Assembly (NCBI GenBank): GCA_964012805.1 | Contig: CAXGUD010000054.1 | Span: 1-23,465, forward strand | DNA: 23,465 nt | Origin: an uncultured Bacteriovoracaceae bacterium | GTDB taxonomy: Bacteria; Bdellovibrionota; Bacteriovoracia; Bacteriovoracales; Bacteriovoracaceae | Direction of reading: 5' to 3' | Shown: piece after piece, positions 17,147-23,465 of the stretch | Layout of the letters: every line of letters begins with the position of its first letter | Position numbering within the stretch: position 1 is the stretch's first letter | The notes under the pieces: model-generated | What the model saw: only the letters and a program-made list of their open reading frames with translations | Databases searched by the model: none | What the model was told of the DNA's origin: nothing | Program-made: the position numbers and the translations under genes

Positions 17147-18457
17147 ATGGAAAATAAAAGTGAGAACAAGGTTTCTCGAAAAGAAATTTTTGGTTGGGCC
17201 ATGTTTGATTTTTCAAATTCTGGCTTTACAACAGTCGTTATCACCGCCATTTATGGGGGGATTTTTACTGAATACATTGTTGGGTCTGAGTCAAAGTTTA
17301 AAGATACTTATTGGTCTTTTTCTATAATTTTGGCCACACTGATTGCTCTCGTTCTATCACCACTTGTTGGCGCCCTCTGTGACCTTCATGGAAAAAAGAA
17401 AAAGTACCTTATTGGAACATGCCTCTTGACAGCACTTCCCACAGCTCTTTTATACTTTGTCGGTCCGGGACAAATTTGGACGGCCATTTTTCTTTTGGCC
17501 ATCAGTCATGCCTCTTTTATGATAAGTGAAAACTTTTGTGGCAGCTTTCTCCCTGATCTTGCGACTGAAGAAAATATGGCCAAAATTTCAGGTATCGGTT
17601 GGGGGATTGGTTACTTTGGAGGCCTGGTCAACCTTATTATCGTTCAACTTATTGTAACAAGTAAGGCTGAAACAAATTTGGATCTTTTTCTCTCTCAAAA
17701 CCAATTGGCAATGCTTGCAACAGGGGTTTTTGTCATTATTGCGGCCCTTCCCACGGTTTTATTTTTGAAAGACCGCTCTCATCCATTTCCAGGTTTTGAA
17801 AACGCTACAATGAATCAGCTTTTTAAAGCAGGTTTGAAAAGAACAATAACAACTTTCAAGGAAGCAAAAGAGCACAAAAACCTTTTTAGCTTTTTATGGG
17901 CGTTTGTTTTTTACTATGCTGGTTTGTCTGCAACGATAAACTTTGCTGGTATTTTTGCTAGAAGAGAGTTGAAGTTCGACACTGGTGATCTGGTGGTTAT
18001 GTTTCTTTGTATTCAATTGTCTGCAGCACTTGGTTCTTACCTCTTTGGAATTATTGAGAAAAAAACGGGCATTAAAAATAATATTTTATGGACTCTTGTT
18101 CTTTGGTTTGTTTCAATTTTTGCCATTGTGATTCTTGATCCCATTAGTCAGGGACTGGGTGTCGGGCCAAAACAGCTCTTTTTCTTCGTGAGCATTATTG
18201 TAGGGCTTGGGCTTGGGGCAACCCAATCATCGAGTAGGGCCTTTGTCGGAATGCTTTGTCCTCCCGGAAGAAGCGCAGAGATGTTTGGTCTGTGGGGAAT
18301 GGCGAACCGTGTGGCCGTTCTTTTTTCTATGGCCACTTTTGGCCCGCTTTCTGATTATTTAGGCTCTATAAAAGGGGCTTGTATCCTCCTCCTTCTTTAT
18401 CTTGTTGTGGGGGCTTGGCTCCTCTTGAAAATACCAAATGGTAAAAAAGAAGTTTAA
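17147..18457 (+). CDS. MFS transporter, UMF1/Atg22-like family
   Basis: GWAMFDFSNS, SPLVGALCD..GKKK, ISGIGWGIGYFGG, GATQSSSRA, AEMFGLWG; about 12 TM segments; GGAGG RBS. Confidence 0.92.
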   Translation: MENKSENKVSRKEIFGWAMFDFSNSGFTTVVITAIYGGIFTEYIVGSESKFKDTYWSFSIILATLIALVLSPLVGALCDLHGKKKKYLIGTCLLTALPTALLYFVGPGQIWTAIFLLAISHASFMISENFCGSFLPDLATEENMAKISGIGWGIGYFGGLVNLIIVQLIVTSKAETNLDLFLSQNQLAMLATGVFVIIAALPTVLFLKDRSHPFPGFENATMNQLFKAGLKRTITTFKEAKEHKNLFSFLWAFVFYYAGLSATINFAGIFARRELKFDTGDLVVMFLCIQLSAALGSYLFGIIEKKTGIKNNILWTLVLWFVSIFAIVILDPISQGLGVGPKQLFFFVSIIVGLGLGATQSSSRAFVGMLCPPGRSAEMFGLWGMANRVAVLFSMATFGPLSDYLGSIKGACILLLLYLVVGAWLLLKIPNGKKEV

Positions 18458-18524
18458 AATCTTTTTGGAAAGTGTTTGGCCTCAGCTCTTTTTACCGAAA
18501 AGTCTTCTGAAAAAAGGAGATATT

Positions 18525-18914
18525 ATGAAGGAAGAAAAATATGTAAAAGATATTATGACTAAGGATATTGTAACAGTTGATCAAGAAAGTACGGTATTGG
18601 AAGCCTGTCAATTAATGGCAGACCATAAAATTGGAGCTGTTGTTATTCTTAGTCCAATAAAAGAGGCAATTGGAATTTTTACTGAAAGAGACCTGTTAAA
18701 TCGGGTTGTTTCTAAGGACAAACCTCATAGTGATAAAGTTAAAGATCATATGACTCCAGATTTTGTATGCGTTCAGGCCGAAGATGAATTGGAGGGGTTG
18801 GCAAAAATTATGATCGATGGCAACTTCAGGCATCTTCCAGTCGCCGATGGGCACGATGTTGTCGCAATGCTTTCAATTAGAGATATTGTTAAGCATTTCC
18901 TTTACTATTCTTAA
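18525..18914 (+). CDS. Stand-alone CBS-pair protein (second paralogue)
   Basis: VKDIMT, GIFTERDLLNRV, VKDHMTPD, NFRHLPV, LSIRDIV. Start placed at ATG 18525 after AAGGAG. Confidence 0.9.
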   Translation: MKEEKYVKDIMTKDIVTVDQESTVLEACQLMADHKIGAVVILSPIKEAIGIFTERDLLNRVVSKDKPHSDKVKDHMTPDFVCVQAEDELEGLAKIMIDGNFRHLPVADGHDVVAMLSIRDIVKHFLYYS

Positions 18915-18925
18915 ATATGTCATTT

Positions 18926-19927
18926 TTAAAGGTCATGCTTTAACAGCATGGCCTTAAACTTTTTTATAAGGTCTGGGTTCATATTCCTTTCCGTCAGGTA
19001 TTGGACATGCTTGTTTTGATCGGTCGGGTTTAATTTGATCCCCCAGAGTGGACGACTTGAGTTTGGAATCATGGAATACCTTACGTCCATAATAAAGTTT
19101 TCCCTCTGTGGGTCCTTTGCGACATAGCCCATGGAAAACCAGCTAAAGCGTTGGATGTCAATCCATTGTCTTGTTCCCTTTTTAATTTGAGGGAAGTCTC
19201 TTTTTAGATCCAATTCTAAAATAGAATTTCCTTCATAGACCTTTGTGGGGCCAAAGTTTTGAATAGCATCAATATAAAACCTTCCCTCGTATTTATAGAT
19301 TGTTTTCCAAAGAAAAAGGTTGGCAATGGAGAGTTTCGCACTGACAGACTCGACTTTATGACCTCTTTTTTTAGCGAGGTCCAAAGCAGCTGACCGGGCC
19401 CTGTAGTTTTGAAAGGCACCGAGAAAAAGATAAAGGAGAGCATAGATAACGGCCACTTTGGCAAAAAAGGCCTTATTTTTGAAGGCCCCCCAAAAAATAA
19501 GGCCAAGTACGGGGAAAGTAAAAAGAGGATCGATAATAGAAATATTGTTCCAGGCAATCCTCGCATCGCTAAATGGCCAAAGGAGTTGGGTTCCGTAGGA
19601 TGTGCAACTATCTATGAGACCATGAGTTAAATATCCTAAGAAAGAGTAAAGGTATATTTCTTTAAATTTAAAAGCTTTTTTAAAGAAGGGATAAAAAAGA
19701 AGGGAACAGATTAAGGCCCCTAAAGGAATAAATATGAGGGAGTGGGTAAATTGCCTGTGGTATTTTAAAAAGAGGAGTGGGTCAATTGGAGATCTGATCA
19801 AAACATCGAGGTCAGGGGCCATTCCTGAAAGCCATCCTATGATTAAAATAGAAAAGTGTTTTGCTGGTTTTTTTGTTAGGGATTGAGGGAGGCTTGCCCC
19901 AATTGCCCCTTGAGTAATAGGATCCAT
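18926..19927 (-). CDS. Membrane-bound metal-dependent hydrolase (YdjM-like)
   Basis: MDPITQG, APDLD, HRQFTHSL, THGLIDSCTSYGTQLLWPF, IIDP. Confidence 0.9.
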   Translation of the reverse strand: MDPITQGAIGASLPQSLTKKPAKHFSILIIGWLSGMAPDLDVLIRSPIDPLLFLKYHRQFTHSLIFIPLGALICSLLFYPFFKKAFKFKEIYLYSFLGYLTHGLIDSCTSYGTQLLWPFSDARIAWNNISIIDPLFTFPVLGLIFWGAFKNKAFFAKVAVIYALLYLFLGAFQNYRARSAALDLAKKRGHKVESVSAKLSIANLFLWKTIYKYEGRFYIDAIQNFGPTKVYEGNSILELDLKRDFPQIKKGTRQWIDIQRFSWFSMGYVAKDPQRENFIMDVRYSMIPNSSRPLWGIKLNPTDQNKHVQYLTERNMNPDLIKKFKAMLLKHDL

Positions 19928-20042
19928 CGATTAATCTTAGGCGATTCTAAAGACATTGAAAAGGTTCATAATTTTGTTTCGGCCTAGACATATTTTGGGT
20001 AAAATAAGGCTTATTCATTTTCCATGGAAGGAGCTACCCACC

Positions 20043-21275
20043 GTGTCTGAAGACAAGAAGAAGATTCTTTTTATTGGGCCTAAAAACCCTGTTCTTGAAG
20101 AAATAAGGCCTCAACTTGAGGGGACAGGCCTTTTTGGTATTCATGAAACAAATTTTAAAGAGCATAATGCCCAAGAAATTTTAGGCTACCTTCCCTGGGT
20201 TGTTGTCATAACTTGCCCTAAAGAGTGCTCTAAGTTTATGAAGGCCTATGGTGGAGTCATTAAGAAAACTGATTCTAAGGTTATTTTAGTGACCGAAAAA
20301 GAAGCTTCAAAAAAAGTATTGCATGCCAACTTAAGGTTTGTTTTGTCTGAGTATCTTTATGGGAACGTTAATCCTAAAACTCTTCTTCATAAAATTCAGT
20401 TTCAAATAAAGTCGCTTCCCGATATTTCAAATGATGACTTGAGACAGATTGCAACAAGTCAATCTCCCTCTAAAGAGAAGGAGCCGAAATCTGATGGGCC
20501 ACGTTATGAAGTCGGACCTGGTAAAGAAAAAGATGGGGATGGTGTACCTCATTATGAATTAGGTGAAGTTAAGAAAAAAAAGAAAGAAGTCCCAACCTAT
20601 GAATCAGCTCCCGTCCAAAAGAAGGCAAAGAGCGAAATTCAGGTTGCCGACCAAGGAGGAGTGACCCGGGGAAGGTCTAGGGGTGAAGTCCAAATTGAGG
20701 AAGCAAGGCCTGAGGAGATTGAAAAAAAAGTTTCAGAGATTAGCTCCCTCCTCGGTGTATCGCCTGCTTACATTAAGGTCGGAAAGTATTTGGAAGAGGA
20801 AGCAAGAGGTAGCTTATCTCCCGAGGACTCACTTACTTTCTACGAAGAAAATGGCCCAAAGGTAAAAAAGTTAGAGGAAGTTTTTGAGGAGTTTGAAGTA
20901 AACTTTGAAGATAAGTCTTATCTTGGTCAATCACTTTTTTTACTTAATGATTTAAAGGACTCTTCAATAGAGGCAGGTCTTTTCGATTTGGCCCTTTTTT
21001 GTGAATTGACGAGGGCCATTTCTCTTCGTCTTACTGCAGTCCATGATGAATCTGTTGGAGAAGTTGTTTTGGGAGTTCTTTTTAACGCAGCCGAATTCAT
21101 AGAGTCTGAACTTGAAGAAATTAAAAAAGGAAGCGGCGTGCCCCTAAAAGAAAATCCCGATAAAGCGATTTTTAATCGTTTTCATTGGATTCAAAAGAAA
21201 TTCGATTCTCTTGAAGCTCCTCCCGGCGAAACGTTTCCAGATATTCAAAAAATTCTTAACGCCCTTGGAATTTAA
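20043..21275 (+). CDS. Multi-domain protein: degenerate receiver + low-complexity linker + Hpt-like helical domain
   Basis: GTG 20043 after AAGGAG. CheY-like strand pattern (KILFIG, VVVIT, KVILVT, EYLY) without the canonical acidic and Lys residues. C-terminal bundle contains NDLKDSS...GLFDL. Confidence 0.65.
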   Translation: MSEDKKKILFIGPKNPVLEEIRPQLEGTGLFGIHETNFKEHNAQEILGYLPWVVVITCPKECSKFMKAYGGVIKKTDSKVILVTEKEASKKVLHANLRFVLSEYLYGNVNPKTLLHKIQFQIKSLPDISNDDLRQIATSQSPSKEKEPKSDGPRYEVGPGKEKDGDGVPHYELGEVKKKKKEVPTYESAPVQKKAKSEIQVADQGGVTRGRSRGEVQIEEARPEEIEKKVSEISSLLGVSPAYIKVGKYLEEEARGSLSPEDSLTFYEENGPKVKKLEEVFEEFEVNFEDKSYLGQSLFLLNDLKDSSIEAGLFDLALFCELTRAISLRLTAVHDESVGEVVLGVLFNAAEFIESELEEIKKGSGVPLKENPDKAIFNRFHWIQKKFDSLEAPPGETFPDIQKILNALGI

Positions 21276-21358
21276 TAAGATGCAGTGCCTGTTTTAAACA
21301 CTCAAAAATATTTCATTTTCGGAAAAAAATAAGGTATAGAAGCAAATTGGTTAAAGCC

Positions 21359-21371
21359 CCTGACGGTCAGG
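21359..21371. promoter_or_regulatory. Perfect palindrome, candidate operator upstream of the second PLD gene
   Basis: CCTGAC-G-GTCAGG, GC-rich in AT-rich intergenic DNA, 60 nt before ATG 21431. Confidence 0.45.
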
Positions 21372-21430
21372 TTTTTTACCTTTTGGGTCTAATAGTATTT
21401 TTGATCTATGGTTTAGATAGGAAAATAATA

Positions 21431-22837
21431 ATGAAAATGGCTTATCATAATTTAAAAGCTAACAAGTTAAAATCTACAAAAAAATTTCATAAAATAAGCG
21501 CACTTCTTTTTTTACCTCTTTGTTTGATCTCTTTAATAAGCACAAGTGCTCATGCAAAAAAACTCTCAGATTATACGCCATATAATTATGATGTCCTCTT
21601 TACAAATCCTGATTGTAAAGAGCACACCTATAAAGATCCTATCAATTCAGTAAAGGGCAAACTTATTTATAACAAGCCAAAAAATGCTTACTGCAAACCA
21701 GAGGAAAATAAGAAGGTAGAGGAACAAAAGCACACTCCTTTTTATAGAATTAAAGAGTGGATCCGTGACCCGGAGACAAAAGAAATTTTTATGGCCTACC
21801 TCTCCTTTTCAAAAAAGGCGATTCGGGATGAGCTTTGCACCGCCATTAAAGAACGCGGTCTTAAGCTGACGTTGATAGTTGACAAAAACAACAAAAAAAG
21901 AGGAATGGAAAGTCTTTTAGACCTTAAAAGTTGCCCCGCCTTCAGGATTGGTCAGGATGGAATAAGTATTCCTGAAGTTCTTACTAGAGGCGGAGAAGGC
22001 CGGGGAAAAAATAAGATTGGCTTTGCTCACAATAAATTGATTCTTATTAATCCACATCAAAAAGGAAAGGTGAAGCTTGCTTTCAGTAGCGGCAATATGT
22101 CAAATGGGACCACAACCCACCATGAAAATTGGCATTTTATTACTACAAACTCTGAGAGTTACTTTTTTCAATCCCACCTTTGTTTAAAAAAGGGCCTTCT
22201 TGATCACGCATCCTCTATTGATGTTTTTACAATATTTATAAAAGAGTGCCGCGCTACAATTGAAGCACCAGAAGAGACAGATATCAAAGCATTTTTTGTT
22301 CCAGCTGAAGGTAAGGAAGCAATGGAGGCTTTAAAGTCTGAAATGGGGCACGCTTCAGAAATCCGTATGGCAACCCACCGCTTTTCAAGTAAAGAAATCA
22401 TCGCTTCTATGGAGGAGGCCTTAGAAAGAGGGGCCCATATTCAATTTGTTTTTGATGATGACCTTTACTGGACTAGCAAATTAAAAAGAGGGATGGGAAG
22501 AAACCTTTATAGAGAAGCTGTCCATGTGGATAACCTTATTCAAAAAGGTCTTAAAGTTAAATACATTGAAACTTTTGCTGACAGCGTTTTTGGGGCAAGA
22601 AAAGTTCAACTTCAACATAATAAGTTTTTAATTTTTACAGGCCCTATGCACGATAGTTATTCAGTTTTTACGGGAGCAGGCAATTTAACAGGAGCTGCTT
22701 TTCAGAAAAACTTTGAAAACTTTTATCTTATAAAAGATCCGGCGGTTTATTTCATGTTCAGGCTTCAATACTACAAGTTTTGGAATGACATGGGGACCGC
22801 TGCTGAAGATATGCCTGAAAGGTTAGTCCTACCTTAG
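21431..22837 (+). CDS. Exported PLD/Nuc-superfamily protein with two non-canonical HxK motifs
   Basis: Signal peptide ending STSAHA. HNKLILIN (22028-22051) then SSGN and HHENW; HNKFLIFT (22616-22639) then GAGNLT and NFENF. Start uncertain (21431 or 21437 preferred over TTG 21347). Confidence 0.85.
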   Translation: MKMAYHNLKANKLKSTKKFHKISALLFLPLCLISLISTSAHAKKLSDYTPYNYDVLFTNPDCKEHTYKDPINSVKGKLIYNKPKNAYCKPEENKKVEEQKHTPFYRIKEWIRDPETKEIFMAYLSFSKKAIRDELCTAIKERGLKLTLIVDKNNKKRGMESLLDLKSCPAFRIGQDGISIPEVLTRGGEGRGKNKIGFAHNKLILINPHQKGKVKLAFSSGNMSNGTTTHHENWHFITTNSESYFFQSHLCLKKGLLDHASSIDVFTIFIKECRATIEAPEETDIKAFFVPAEGKEAMEALKSEMGHASEIRMATHRFSSKEIIASMEEALERGAHIQFVFDDDLYWTSKLKRGMGRNLYREAVHVDNLIQKGLKVKYIETFADSVFGARKVQLQHNKFLIFTGPMHDSYSVFTGAGNLTGAAFQKNFENFYLIKDPAVYFMFRLQYYKFWNDMGTAAEDMPERLVLP

Positions 22838-22876
22838 GTAATTATCAAAAGGTTAGATAGATATAGTATTGAAGTT

Positions 22877-23464
22877 CTAATCTTCATTAATTTTTATAAA
22901 AAAGTTAACGGCAATATTTTCTGGGCGGGTTTCTGGTGAGTTCCCTGCGGCTTTAGTAGGTTCGTCGCCCACGTGCCTTGTCATGTAGCCTTGAAAGTTT
23001 TTTCTATCTTTTCCGTCACCAGAGTACACACCTGAGCTTGCGGAGACATAATGAAAGTGCTTTGTGAATTCATCTTTTTGATAAGAACCTATTTTTCGGC
23101 CCTTTTCTATATCAAAACAGCTCTCCTCTTTTCGAGGACAATCTTTATTTTTAATACCGTTATTAAGCATCCTTAAGAACTTTCCCCTCATATTTGGAAT
23201 TCGAATCTCGCTTGTTAAATTAAAATAATCACTATTTTTATCTGCTTTACATGTTTCAGAAACACATCTTCCATCGGCCAAAACCCAGCCCGGACCGTTT
23301 ATTTTTCGAAAGGTTCCTTCGTCTAACATAGAAATACGAACAGTTCCGACATCACTTCCTATATAAGAAGGAGAAAAGACTGAGGTATTATTTCCAACTT
23401 GAGCAGGGGTTCTTTTTTGGAACTTGGGACTGAGGTTTGTGCATCCACTTATCAAAGAAAAAAA
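22877..23464 (-). CDS. Putative lipoprotein with a phage tail-collar / tail-fibre tip-like domain; 5'-truncated by the window edge
   Basis: Frame is open to the edge (..FFSLISGC lipobox). Motifs GWVLADGR, IPNMRGKFLR, RKIGSYQKD..HFH, ETRPENIAVNFFIK are typical of tail collar/fibre proteins. Confidence 0.8.
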   Translation of the reverse strand, partial: FFSLISGCTNLSPKFQKRTPAQVGNNTSVFSPSYIGSDVGTVRISMLDEGTFRKINGPGWVLADGRCVSETCKADKNSDYFNLTSEIRIPNMRGKFLRMLNNGIKNKDCPRKEESCFDIEKGRKIGSYQKDEFTKHFHYVSASSGVYSGDGKDRKNFQGYMTRHVGDEPTKAAGNSPETRPENIAVNFFIKINED

Positions 23465-23465
23465 A

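Noticed and set aside
21341..21415. Partial resemblance to a c-di-GMP-I riboswitch (GCAAA, GACG, GGGTCTAA, CTATG)
   Set aside because: The P2 stem does not pair, there is no GNRA tetraloop and the conserved GACGCAAAGC is missing. An Infernal search against the Rfam c-di-GMP-I model would settle it.
15345..23465. Prophage or anti-phage defence island (XRE, PLD nucleases, tail-fibre domain)
   Set aside because: No integrase, terminase, capsid, helicase or methylase genes. The PLDs and the fibre protein carry export signals and are interspersed with housekeeping genes.
1..23465. CRISPR arrays, tRNA or rRNA genes
   Set aside because: No regularly spaced repeat-spacer units or cloverleaf/rRNA-like segments were seen in any intergenic region.

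Overview
AT-rich bacterial chromosomal window containing about 22 intact or edge-truncated CDSs. No rRNA, tRNA or CRISPR array was seen. Several protein signatures suggest a Bdellovibrionota (Bacteriovoracia-like) host, but this is inference from recalled family features, not a search. Recognisable genes are an MTA/SAH-type deaminase (5'-partial), purine nucleoside phosphorylase, an LtaS/sulfatase-fold membrane transferase, a small outer-membrane beta-barrel, an alpha/beta hydrolase, a three-gene NAD(P) transhydrogenase, a GDPD, two stand-alone CBS proteins, an ankyrin protein with an acidic tail, an MDR oxidoreductase, two exported double-HxK PLD/Nuc-family enzymes, an XRE regulator, a YggT-like protein, an MFS transporter and a YdjM-like hydrolase. 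The apparently empty 2.0-3.1 kb gap hides an IS1-like transposase pseudogene that the ORF track misses; it has two in-frame stops and a probable internal deletion. The most unusual items are: (1) a signalling-like protein built from a pseudo-receiver, three PxYE repeats, a His-less Hpt-like bundle and a CheZ-like tail; (2) a lipoprotein made of a phage tail-collar/fibre-tip domain outside any prophage; (3) a PLD-family paralogue whose two HKD motifs both lack the Asp; (4) a duplicated FxMFDDMAEED motif in the ankyrin tail. I cannot establish a single new multi-gene system from sequence alone.
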